This document shows positions 39,666-48,539 of a stretch of DNA of 64,000 nt, in pieces. The notes below the pieces were generated by a model that was given only the letters and a program-made list of their open reading frames with translations, searched no databases and was not told where the DNA came from. Position numbers and translations under genes: made by a program. The stretch's first letter is position 1; each line of letters opens with the position of its first letter. The stretch spans positions 1-64,000 of IMG/VR virus record IMGVR_UViG_3300043419_000459; one strand, given 5' to 3'. The stretch is from a virus.

Positions 39666-40889
39666 TTATCTAACTTGGTTTATTGTTACAATGATAGATG
39701 GTGATGCAGGAATATTTCCTGTTGCTGCAATATATTCATAAGTTGTATCACTCCTTTGTGATTGATATGCTATTTCAAAATAATCACCCACATTTGTCGT
39801 AGATTCCCATAAATTTAATGCTACTACTTTTTTAGTGTTTGAAGGAATTGTAACATATGTTGCACTATTTGGTATATTCACACCATTTCTTTTTAACCAA
39901 ACTGCTAAATCGGCGGATTGTGAACCTTGAACTATTTGAATACTAAATTGAATATTATATAAAGCAGGTCTATCACAAACTATATGAGAACCACTTTGAA
40001 TTGTAATTGCATTTACACCCAAAGTGTTATTAAATGTAAATGAACCACTTTGATTTGCACTTCCACTTTGAGTTTGTGTTGAATAAAATCCACCAGCTGC
40101 AAAAATAGCTGGTAATGCTGATGCATATGTTGTATGAAATAACTCACCCGTTGTTTGGTCATATGATACTAATGCTGAACCCGTATTTTGATAAAATAAA
40201 CTACTACTTTCAATATAAAATGCTCCACTAATTTTATTTGTTCCTCTGAATGTAGTTGAACCACTTACATCTAATGTTCCACTCATTATAGTATTTCCTA
40301 ATAAAATATTGTTTCCGATTTGAGTTGTTGAACCACTTACTAAAAATGAACCCGTAATAGTTTGATTTCCTATGAATGTATTAGAACCGGTTGTTGCAAA
40401 ATCTCCGTAGTTTTTAATTTGTGCAGATGAACTTAGAATACTTCTACCAGTTGTTTCGTAACTACCACTAACAAAACCAAATGCAGTTATTTGTGCAGAT
40501 GAACTTACTACACCATTAGTTGCATTTATTTGTCCATTGATACCACCAATTACATTAAGTGAACCGGTAATATAAACCGAACCAGTAAATGTGTGAGTAT
40601 CTCCTTCATCTAATCCAAAATTAGTAGATGCAGTAAAGTGATTTACCGATGATGTTGTTACTATGAATTGATTTGCAATAATATCACCATCAATATTTAA
40701 ATTTCCAAATATAATTTGCCCACCATCAAATATGTTTGAACCAGTTGTTGCAAATTGTCCCGCCGATATATATCCCATCATACCATCCTCCTGCTTTATA
40801 ACAACTTCATCAGTAGATTCTAATGTATAAATTTTTGTATATTCTTTTGCAGTTTCTTCTCTATGATATTGTTTTTCCGGATATGCCAT
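39666..40889 (-). CDS. fibre/decoration protein sharing the ATTGSN and DTHTFTGS modules
   Basis: Repeat modules shared with the other fibres; C-terminal C1q-like beta domain (YNIQFSIQ..VWLKRNG..GDYFE). Confidence 0.6.
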   Translation of the reverse strand: MAYPEKQYHREETAKEYTKIYTLESTDEVVIKQEDGMMGYISAGQFATTGSNIFDGGQIIFGNLNIDGDIIANQFIVTTSSVNHFTASTNFGLDEGDTHTFTGSVYITGSLNVIGGINGQINATNGVVSSSAQITAFGFVSGSYETTGRSILSSSAQIKNYGDFATTGSNTFIGNQTITGSFLVSGSTTQIGNNILLGNTIMSGTLDVSGSTTFRGTNKISGAFYIESSSLFYQNTGSALVSYDQTTGELFHTTYASALPAIFAAGGFYSTQTQSGSANQSGSFTFNNTLGVNAITIQSGSHIVCDRPALYNIQFSIQIVQGSQSADLAVWLKRNGVNIPNSATYVTIPSNTKKVVALNLWESTTNVGDYFEIAYQSQRSDTTYEYIAATGNIPASPSIIVTINQVR

Positions 40890-40920
40890 TTGATGTAATT
40901 TCTAATAAATATACAAAATA

Positions 40921-40952
40921 AAAAAGGGAAAGTATTTCTACTTTCCCTTTTT
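40921..40952. terminator. strong (bidirectional) rho-independent terminator after the major capsid gene
   Basis: Perfect inverted repeat AAAAAGGGAAAGTA-TTTC-TACTTTCCCTTTTT. Confidence 0.85.
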
Positions 40953-40992
40953 CTATATTTTTAGTTTTTAACTACTAAAATCTACTCAAAGA

Positions 40993-42606
40993 TTATAAAG
41001 TGTTTAAACCATCAACGATAATCTTACCGTAGAACTCTGGTCTTACGATTTTCTTAGCGTATCTAGTCATAACACCTCTTCTTGGAGTGAAGTTAGTTGG
41101 GTCATAAACTAATGGAGTCATAATCAATGGTACATATGGTGCGTAAACTGCTCCTGTTTCGAAGAAGTTAGAACCTTTGAAGCCCATTAAGATAACGTTC
41201 TCTGTCATATATGGGTTTTTATAAACGTCATATCTGTTAGAGATTGAACCGATGTTAGTTACACCTGCTGCAAAAGATAAAGCGTCTTTACCTGGGTTAG
41301 CAGAGAAACCATTCATTGATTCTAAAATAGTTGCAACGTTTGGAGATACTACTACGAAGTTAGCACCACCTCTCATTGTTAACTGATGAATCTTGTTAGA
41401 AACTTTTTGTAATTTAATACCCAAAGTTTGATACCAAGTACTCTTTGTATAAGCTGATGCTGCCGCTGCTGATGAATCAATTGAGAATCCGTTTCCGTTC
41501 CAATCGTATCCTACTTTAGAAGACCAGTATTCAGTTGTGAAAGCATTTTGTTGTAACATTTCTAAGATTTCTAAGTCGATTTCTAAAGAGATGTACTCAG
41601 ACAACATTTGAGTTAACTCAGCTTCAGCGTCTACACTATGGTATGCGTTTAAGTCTTGAGCTAATTCTGGAGTCCAAATTGCTTTTAATTTTCTTGTCTT
41701 AGCAACAATTGGTTCAGATTTCAATTCTAATTCGATTTCTGGAATTGCTAAGTCAGAACCTCTATCTTCAAAATCACCTCTTGAGATATCAGTTGGTTGT
41801 GCGTGGTATGCTAAAGATACACCAACATTCGCTAAGTTTGATAAACCTGTTGCAGCTACTACGAACTCAACATTTGAACCATTCTTAGTTGTGTATTGAG
41901 GGAAATATCCAGTTACAGAACCAGTCAATAAAGTTGGTTCGAAAGCTCTTACACCATTGAAATCAGCGTCAGCTGGTAATGCAACTACAACTTTCTTCAA
42001 AGTGTTACCTGCAAAAGATGCAGAAACTGAACCTGAAGATAAATCGTAATCAATATCTGCTAAAGATGCAGAAGCAAAAGTTGCAGTAATTGCTGCAGTT
42101 TTGTTATTGATTGTGTATCCAAATCTACCTGCACCATATAAACCACCTTCTGCTACTTGAGTAGAACCTAATTTGTTACCTGCTGGAGATAAAGAATCTT
42201 TACCAAATTCACCACCATTACCGAATAATGAATTGTTTTGGAAAGACGGATTACCTGCTACATCGGTACCATATTTAAAGTCCATATAGAAGATAAGACC
42301 TGAAGGTAGGTTCATTGGTTGTACAGAAACGAATTCTTTAGAAGCAATGCTTCCGAATACTCTTCTTACCAATGGTAACGCTACACCAGCCCACTCTTCA
42401 GAACCTGCAGATGTACCTGTTCTTGTAGCTTCATCTAATAATTGTTTTGCTTGGTTTTCTAACATTACTGCCATACCATGCTTTGCTGTTTCAGAACCTG
42501 CGTTCTCTAACAAGCCTGTTTTTTCCCACTTAGCTTTCAAACCTCTTGTTTGCTCAAGCATTACTGATTGAGGGTTTGCGCCAGTCATAATTTGTTTTAA
42601 GTCCAT
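40993..42606 (-). CDS. gp23: major capsid protein (gp23-like)
   Basis: LENQ, LPLVRR, VQPM..PSGLIF, AKTRKLKA.WT.ELAQDL.A.H..DAEAEL, YAPYVPL and MTRYA; highly biased codons. Confidence 0.97.
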   Translation of the reverse strand: MDLKQIMTGANPQSVMLEQTRGLKAKWEKTGLLENAGSETAKHGMAVMLENQAKQLLDEATRTGTSAGSEEWAGVALPLVRRVFGSIASKEFVSVQPMNLPSGLIFYMDFKYGTDVAGNPSFQNNSLFGNGGEFGKDSLSPAGNKLGSTQVAEGGLYGAGRFGYTINNKTAAITATFASASLADIDYDLSSGSVSASFAGNTLKKVVVALPADADFNGVRAFEPTLLTGSVTGYFPQYTTKNGSNVEFVVAATGLSNLANVGVSLAYHAQPTDISRGDFEDRGSDLAIPEIELELKSEPIVAKTRKLKAIWTPELAQDLNAYHSVDAEAELTQMLSEYISLEIDLEILEMLQQNAFTTEYWSSKVGYDWNGNGFSIDSSAAAASAYTKSTWYQTLGIKLQKVSNKIHQLTMRGGANFVVVSPNVATILESMNGFSANPGKDALSFAAGVTNIGSISNRYDVYKNPYMTENVILMGFKGSNFFETGAVYAPYVPLIMTPLVYDPTNFTPRRGVMTRYAKKIVRPEFYGKIIVDGLNTL

Positions 42607-42629
42607 TTTTAATGAATTTATTTGTTAAT

Positions 42630-43841
42630 TTATTTAATAATACCTGCTAATTTCTTAAATCTGTCGGAGAAATTTGTAGATTCAGCAATTACTTGCTTAG
42701 CTGCTGCAGGCTTAGTTGATTTTGTTACTTTGCTTGCAATACCTTCAGAAATAGATTTTTTAGTAGATTTGTTAGATGTGTATTTGAAATTCTCTGCTAA
42801 TGTAGAGTATACCAATTTCACTTCTCTAACTGAATTTGTTCTATCTAAAGTTTCAATCACTTTCACTTTTTGTTCGTTAGTCATGTTGTGTGCTCTAAAT
42901 AATTTGTTTGCGAATAATAACTTAGCGTTTAATAAGTTTACTTCGTTGATAGTTTTTTGAAGAGATTTGATAGTTTTGTAAGCTTCGTTAAGTTCTTTTT
43001 CTTTTTCTTCCTTATCTTCTTCTTCTTTAACTACATCTTCATCATCTTTCATGTCCTTTTCCATTTCACGAAGAATTTCTTCTAAGTCGATTACATCGTC
43101 TTTTTTCTCATCATCAGCTTCTTCGTTAGTAGCTTCTTTTTCCTTATCGGTTTCGTCAGCTTCTTCGTTTTTAGCTTCTTTTTCATCATCACCATCTTCA
43201 GCTTCATACATAGATGATTCTTCTTCGTCAGAATCTTCACCTTCTAATTGAGCTTCTAATTCTCTGATGATTGCTTCTAAGTCCATATCATCTTTCGACT
43301 CTTCGTCATCAGAATCCATATCCATAGAATCTTCAGAATCCATATCCATGTCATCCATGTCCATTTCTTCGTCATCTCCCATTTCTTCTTCAGAATCTTC
43401 TCCTTCTAATTCTGCCAATCTAGCTTTCAATTCTGCAATTTCTGCATCTTTGTCATCTTTTTTGTCAGCAAAAGGATTTTCTTCTTCAGAAATGTCTGCT
43501 ACTTTCTTATAGTCAGTACCAGCTTGTTCAGGTTTACCACTATCTTGCTTTACACCAACTGATAAATCAGTCATTGCATCTAAGTTTGGTTGTGCACCTG
43601 GAGTCTCAGCGTATCCTGCGTCTACTTTAGACCCGATACCTGTTGAATCTAACTCTTCATTTTTCATTTCATCATCTTTAACTTCTTGTTCTTCTGCTTC
43701 TGCTCTCATTTTTTGAGACAAAATAGATTGAAGTCTAGGAGTGAAAGCTTCTTCAAGAGCGATTTTTGCGTTTGCTAAAGCTGTTTCTTTAACTGCTTTG
43801 GCATCAGCGATTGCTTCTTTCAATAATTTTGAATTTGCCAT
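42630..43841 (-). CDS. prohead core scaffolding protein (gp22-like)
   Basis: Acidic coiled-coil protein directly upstream of the MCP; ends RFKKLAGI. Confidence 0.75.
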   Translation of the reverse strand: MANSKLLKEAIADAKAVKETALANAKIALEEAFTPRLQSILSQKMRAEAEEQEVKDDEMKNEELDSTGIGSKVDAGYAETPGAQPNLDAMTDLSVGVKQDSGKPEQAGTDYKKVADISEEENPFADKKDDKDAEIAELKARLAELEGEDSEEEMGDDEEMDMDDMDMDSEDSMDMDSDDEESKDDMDLEAIIRELEAQLEGEDSDEEESSMYEAEDGDDEKEAKNEEADETDKEKEATNEEADDEKKDDVIDLEEILREMEKDMKDDEDVVKEEEDKEEKEKELNEAYKTIKSLQKTINEVNLLNAKLLFANKLFRAHNMTNEQKVKVIETLDRTNSVREVKLVYSTLAENFKYTSNKSTKKSISEGIASKVTKSTKPAAAKQVIAESTNFSDRFKKLAGIIK

Positions 43842-43990
43842 CTTTTTTCCTTAAATTTTGTTGTGAAGTTATTCTTGTAGGGAACTCCAATGTAATTATG
43901 TTGATTGTTCGGTCACACCTTATAGAGAAGGGTATTCATTAATCAACTATGTCTTATAATCTCATAATAAAAATGAGATATTTGATAATA
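43842..43990 (-). promoter_or_regulatory. structured 5' leader of the scaffold-MCP operon
   Basis: Three predicted helices plus an AAGGA SD-like element 6 nt before the ATG. Confidence 0.45.
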
Positions 43991-44025
43991 TATATCTAAA
44001 TTTTTTAGAAAACTAAAGAAAACTA

Positions 44026-44202
44026 CTAAAATAGTTTGTTTTTTCTTATAGTTTCTTCTTTTTGTAAACGTTTTCTTACCGAAGGCTTAGTAAAATTTTT
44101 TCTATCCCTAAGTTCTTCTATTTGTTTTGTGGCCTGAACTTTCTTTTTATATTCCTTTAATGCCCACTCTATGTTTCCGTTTTTAACACTAACTATTAAC
44201 AT
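44026..44202 (-). CDS. rpsU: ribosomal protein bS21 (phage-encoded, Bacteroidota-type)
   Basis: Manually translated MLIVSVKNGNIEWALKEYKKKVQATKQIEELRDRKNFTKPSVRKRLQKEETIRKNKLF* (58 aa), with the bS21 signature I..ALK.YK.K...LR.R..F.KPS..R. Confidence 0.9.
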   Translation of the reverse strand: MLIVSVKNGNIEWALKEYKKKVQATKQIEELRDRKNFTKPSVRKRLQKEETIRKNKLF

Positions 44203-44206
44203 TCTT

Positions 44207-44578
44207 CTATTGTAAATTAACCAATTTGTATTTTGTTGAGTATAGTAAAGTTACAATCGTATCTATATCGTTTTGTAACCAACTCATTTGTAATTTTTCT
44301 TCTTGTCTTAATTTTGTAACTGCTACAATCAATTTATCAAAATATGCAATTACATTTTTAATATCATTATTTGTATCCAAACCACTAACAGGTTGTAATT
44401 TAATTAAACCATATTGTCCTTGATATGCTTCAACTAATCCGTCCAATATTCCACCAATTGAATCGTAATAATTTCCCAATGCCAAATGTGCAGATAGTGC
44501 ACCTATACCTTTAACTCCTAAATGAAATGAATGCGCCTGCGTTCTACTATGTAATAATAATGATGCTAATTGTTCCAT
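44207..44578 (-). CDS. ferritin/Dps-like four-helix protein (DUF5856-like)
   Basis: H..H...SAH.AL..YY......D.LVE.YQG..G and NDID.I..L..ST.YKL motifs. Confidence 0.7.
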   Translation of the reverse strand: MEQLASLLLHSRTQAHSFHLGVKGIGALSAHLALGNYYDSIGGILDGLVEAYQGQYGLIKLQPVSGLDTNNDIKNVIAYFDKLIVAVTKLRQEEKLQMSWLQNDIDTIVTLLYSTKYKLVNLQ

Positions 44579-45007
44579 TTATTTGCAAGTTTTACATTCT
44601 TGTAATCCCAATCTTTGTTTCATTACTTCTTCGGATAAATCCGCTATCTCAAAGTATCTACCCAATACGTGACCCATATCTTCATAAAGTGCTTCCAATC
44701 TTTGTTGTTGAGATTGAGCTTCTACTGCTTCTTTTTCGAATGCGGTTTGTAATTTCTTTAACTCACTCATATTTCTTTTAATAGTCACTCTATCAAACCA
44801 ATCACCACCTTCTCTCAAAGTATATTCTTGTGCAGCGTCTGCGATTCCACCCAATGTTTCTGCGATTTGCATAATATCGGATTTTCTACTCATACCTTCT
44901 CTATGTTGGTTATAAGTTGAAATAATTTCTAAAAAGTGTTTTTTCAATTCCGTTGGTAATTGTTCAAACTCTTCGGTTTCTTTTAATAAATCTCTTAACT
45001 TTAACAT
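44579..45007 (-). CDS. hypothetical protein with KLRDLLKE leader
   Basis: 142-aa helical ORF in the head module. Confidence 0.65.
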   Translation of the reverse strand: MLKLRDLLKETEEFEQLPTELKKHFLEIISTYNQHREGMSRKSDIMQIAETLGGIADAAQEYTLREGGDWFDRVTIKRNMSELKKLQTAFEKEAVEAQSQQQRLEALYEDMGHVLGRYFEIADLSEEVMKQRLGLQECKTCK

Positions 45008-45010
45008 ATA

Positions 45011-45262
45011 CTATCTCTTTACGATTTTATTCTTTTTTAATTTTTGAACTGCAATTGATAATTCTTGTGGTGTCATTCCCAATGCATCTACTAATTTTGC
45101 AATCACCAATTGTTCTTTTTTTCTGGATAAGTTATATGATTTAATAACTTGCAATGCTCTATCTAAAAATCTTTCAACTTTAGCCGGTATTGCAGTATCC
45201 ATATCTTCTATGGATTCTTTTTTTATTTCTTTAACAGGTATCAAATTTATTAACTTTGCCAT
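45011..45262 (-). CDS. hypothetical protein with KLINLIPVKE leader
   Basis: 83-aa ORF in the head module. Confidence 0.6.
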   Translation of the reverse strand: MAKLINLIPVKEIKKESIEDMDTAIPAKVERFLDRALQVIKSYNLSRKKEQLVIAKLVDALGMTPQELSIAVQKLKKNKIVKR

Positions 45263-45275
45263 TTTATTTTATTTT

Positions 45276-46130
45276 TTATACTCCACAAGGGTCAACTGAG
45301 ATTATTTCACCTCTACTACCACTTACTTCAAATTTAATTGAACCATCTCCATCTAATCTATACCAACCATCGATTGCAGGATTCCATGCATCTGAATTTT
45401 GATATAATCTATTACCAACTTCTATTGCCGAACCACTTGCAATATATCGGTCTACTGTATAGTTACTAGCACATATATTAGTTTGAAGTAGTTCGTATGC
45501 TACGTTTATCATAGTATGATTACCATTTGTAATATCAAAACTCCAATTTCTTGAATTAAGTACAAAAAGTGAATCTCTTCCTATTTCGCCGGGTGTCGAA
45601 TTAGTTCCACCATGAATTTCTACATATCCATCTTCCACACTACCACTAGCTAATTCTAAAAGAATGTTATCAACTGTGGTTTGAGTAAAAGCACAATTGG
45701 AAACTATTACTTCATTTCCATCAAATCCTATTGGTTGTGTTCTAGATATTATTAATTCGGTTAATTGGGTATTACCACTAAAATCAATTGTAGTTAATAA
45801 AGGTAAGTTAGTTATATCTACCGAACCTGTTAAATTGCAATCATCAAAATCTATAAATTCCAACGATGTACAATCTGATAAATCAGGGAATCCTGCTGAA
45901 AAATTACTATCACTAACACGAAGTGTTTGTAATGAGGTACATCCACTTACATTAATAGATGTTAAACTATCGGTACCAGTTCCGGGTATATCGTTACGGT
46001 CTACATCAATAAGAGTAAGTGATGACATTCCAGAAAAATCAACAGATGTTAAACTATTGTAATCTGCTTGAAAACTTTGTATATTTGTTAGGTTTTGTAA
46101 ACCTGTAAATGAAGTTATTGTTGCTCCCAT
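45276..46130 (-). CDS. leucine-rich repeat protein
   Basis: LxxLxxxxN-type repeats (LTSVDFSGMSSL, LTSINVSGCTSL, LTTIDFSGNTQL). Confidence 0.75.
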   Translation of the reverse strand: MGATITSFTGLQNLTNIQSFQADYNSLTSVDFSGMSSLTLIDVDRNDIPGTGTDSLTSINVSGCTSLQTLRVSDSNFSAGFPDLSDCTSLEFIDFDDCNLTGSVDITNLPLLTTIDFSGNTQLTELIISRTQPIGFDGNEVIVSNCAFTQTTVDNILLELASGSVEDGYVEIHGGTNSTPGEIGRDSLFVLNSRNWSFDITNGNHTMINVAYELLQTNICASNYTVDRYIASGSAIEVGNRLYQNSDAWNPAIDGWYRLDGDGSIKFEVSGSRGEIISVDPCGV

Positions 46131-46142
46131 AATATTTTATTT

Positions 46143-46619
46143 TTAATCGTCGCCGTTGAATTCTAAATAGGTTACTAAACTTATATCATCGAAACATAAT
46201 CTAACCGTATATTCTGTATCTGTATCTGGATAATTGTGATTTATTTCAACTTGGTTTACACCATCTACTTCACCAGTTTCAGTTTCACCATCACCCCAAA
46301 CTATTGTGTAGTTAGTTGGTGCAGATGTGTTAATCCAAAATGTACAATCATTTCCATCGGTTGTGTTGTTTACAAATTCAATACAACCGGATGGTAATTC
46401 ACTTTGTTCTTGTTGGATAATTCCCCCACCACCATTACTTGCTGCTACTGCCATAGCTTCAGCCTGTGTCCTAGCTGCTTCTTGTATTAAATGTATTGCA
46501 ATTCTTTGTTCTGCAATTTCATTTAGATATATTCTATATTGTCTTTCAACCTCATATTGTGGGACTTTATTCATTTCTGGCAAAGTAGAAAACTGATGCC
46601 AACTCATTTCATTAACCAT
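46143..46619 (-). CDS. hypothetical protein with a C-terminal PKD-like domain
   Basis: YTIVWGDG...HNY....YTV. Confidence 0.6.
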   Translation of the reverse strand: MVNEMSWHQFSTLPEMNKVPQYEVERQYRIYLNEIAEQRIAIHLIQEAARTQAEAMAVAASNGGGGIIQQEQSELPSGCIEFVNNTTDGNDCTFWINTSAPTNYTIVWGDGETETGEVDGVNQVEINHNYPDTDTEYTVRLCFDDISLVTYLEFNGDD

Positions 46620-46626
46620 CTCTATA

Positions 46627-47217
46627 TTAGTTTAATTCTATTATAATTTCTCTCATTAAATCTTGTGACTTACACCACTTACCACATTCCTCTGCTACTT
46701 TTGCCCATTGTTTTGATTCGTTCATAGGAGCCATAAATGCACCATGTGTTGATGGGTTGGATACAAAGTCCCAACCAACCAATTCGAAGTCTTCCTGAAC
46801 CATTAATGTACCATCATTGAGTTCTTTTACTGAACCCAATCCTCTACTACTAATACCCAAACGAATATTGTTTTTCAATAATTCTTTTAATATATTTCCA
46901 GATGGAGTTGAAAGTATTTCTACCACACCACATACATCATCCCCTTCCCAATAGATTTCTCTAATGTTATGAGATACATTTTTTAAATTGATTACGGGAG
47001 AATCTGGATGGTCTAACTCACCAAGAGCTCTTCTTTCCTTAATAAGTTGTTCGTATTTCTTACACTCTCTTTCTAAGATTTCTTTTGGATATCTTCTATG
47101 ATTTTGATTTGGAGCACCTGCTCTTTGTAGGATTCCCTTAACTAAATAAGTTCCGTTTTCTTCTTGTTGAAGTTTTGCTTCAAACAGATGGGTTTCTATT
47201 AATAATCCTTTATTCAT
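46627..47217 (-). CDS. gp21: prohead core protease (gp21-like)
   Basis: N.N.R.YP, ALGELDHP, VSH, TPSG.I, GISSRGLGS and DFVSNPS. Confidence 0.95.
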   Translation of the reverse strand: MNKGLLIETHLFEAKLQQEENGTYLVKGILQRAGAPNQNHRRYPKEILERECKKYEQLIKERRALGELDHPDSPVINLKNVSHNIREIYWEGDDVCGVVEILSTPSGNILKELLKNNIRLGISSRGLGSVKELNDGTLMVQEDFELVGWDFVSNPSTHGAFMAPMNESKQWAKVAEECGKWCKSQDLMREIIIELN

Positions 47218-47609
47218 TATTTTAAATCCTTTTTAACTTTTTCAATTGCCGAACCACTCATTGGTGTCCAAGATTTGATAAGTATGGTCTTTAATTGATT
47301 TTTCAATTCAGTTTCATCTAGCTCACCATTTGTACTATCCACCATTTTAATTATCTGCGTCTTAATATACCCCATATTAACAATATCCTCTGCGGTATTA
47401 TTGTCAATTCCTTTTTTCGGGTCAATCATTTTAGATATATCTTCAATTACATTTTTATTATCTGCAATCGAATCTAAAATACTTTTAACCTGTTTTTTAT
47501 AATTTGGTTTTCCTTGGAAATATTTCATTCCTTTTTGTGCCAAATCTACGATATAATAAAAGATAATCTTACCAATGAGTATAGAACCAATTGTGGTCAT
47601 TACACCCAA
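47217..47609 (-). CDS. hypothetical protein, probably a -1 frameshift extension of 47624..47932
   Basis: Frame is open back to the A10-G run that ends the upstream gene; N-terminal hydrophobic segment. Confidence 0.55.
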   Translation of the reverse strand: MGVMTTIGSILIGKIIFYYIVDLAQKGMKYFQGKPNYKKQVKSILDSIADNKNVIEDISKMIDPKKGIDNNTAEDIVNMGYIKTQIIKMVDSTNGELDETELKNQLKTILIKSWTPMSGSAIEKVKKDLK

Positions 47610-47623
47610 TATAAGATTCTCAT

Positions 47624-47932
47624 CTACTTTTTTTTTTCTTCGTTTTTAGCTCTTAATGCTGCTAAATCGGAACCTTCTATTTCACCATCCTTATCGACAT
47701 CAATTTTCTTTTGGCCGGCAGTTAGTTCTGCTTCGTTATATCCCCTCAATCTACCTTCTGATTTTGCTTTCGATGCTTTATCTACCGCATTAAAAAATGC
47801 TTTCTTTTCATCATCAGACATATCTCCCAATGATTTACCGGTTTTATCTAACATATGTTTAAACAATTGTTGATAATCATTTTCTTCTTTTACAACTTGT
47901 CTAATAAGTTCTTTTAATTCTGTATGTTTCAT
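47624..47932 (-). CDS. hypothetical head protein with an EF-hand-like loop
   Basis: ELKELIRQVVKEE leader; DVDKDGEIEGSD; ends AAA AAA AAG TAG. Confidence 0.65.
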   Translation of the reverse strand: MKHTELKELIRQVVKEENDYQQLFKHMLDKTGKSLGDMSDDEKKAFFNAVDKASKAKSEGRLRGYNEAELTAGQKKIDVDKDGEIEGSDLAALRAKNEEKKK

Positions 47933-48528
47933 TATTCTGATATTTGTCTGATTTTTTGGTCTAATTTAATTAGTCTTTCTTTTATACTATAAATATGACC
48001 ATTTGTCCTTTTCCAATAAGATTTATTATCAACACCACTTTCATTTTTTATTTTACCATACCAATTAAGAAATCTTTCCATTTCTTTCAATTGTTTGTTG
48101 ATATTGGATATACCTCTACCAATTTTAGCCTGTGCGGTTGATTCCTCATTTTTCAAATCCAACCAACGATTTTCACTTACTACACTATATCCCGTTAAAT
48201 CAGCTTGTCTTTTACCTTTTTTCTTTTCGTTTTCAGGTTTACCAAATGCAGCTGGTGTGTTGTATCCTTGTACATTTCCGGTTACATTCATTTCATCAAT
48301 CATTTTTTCTCTAACAATTTGACGAATTTTCTCTTTAAGTTGTTTAATTTGTTCTTCCTTTTTATCAGGTAATCCTTTATGAGAAGTAGATGCAAAATCT
48401 TTAACATCTTTGTCAGACATATCCGCTGCTACTTTTGCAACTTCCGGTGATGGGTTTTCCATATCACCTTTTTGAGCGGCGTGAACCATACCCATAAATC
48501 TTTGTTGTGCTTTTGATACTGCTGGCAT
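47932..48528 (-). CDS. hypothetical head protein (MPAVSKAQQRFMG type)
   Basis: Modular ORF with IVRE/MIDE/VVSE/LKNE sites. Confidence 0.65.
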   Translation of the reverse strand: MPAVSKAQQRFMGMVHAAQKGDMENPSPEVAKVAADMSDKDVKDFASTSHKGLPDKKEEQIKQLKEKIRQIVREKMIDEMNVTGNVQGYNTPAAFGKPENEKKKGKRQADLTGYSVVSENRWLDLKNEESTAQAKIGRGISNINKQLKEMERFLNWYGKIKNESGVDNKSYWKRTNGHIYSIKERLIKLDQKIRQISE

Positions 48529-48539
48529 TTTAGATAAAT

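Noticed and set aside
43842-44025. tRNA or self-cleaving ribozyme in the long intergenic region
   Set aside because: No cloverleaf/TTC loop or hammerhead core (CUGAUGA...GAAA) is visible; kept only as an unclassified structured leader
46128-46145. Stop-codon readthrough or recoding joining the PKD-like and LRR ORFs
   Set aside because: There are two in-frame TAA stops plus a proper ATG; conserved genes are uninterrupted in code 11, so there is no sign of stop reassignment
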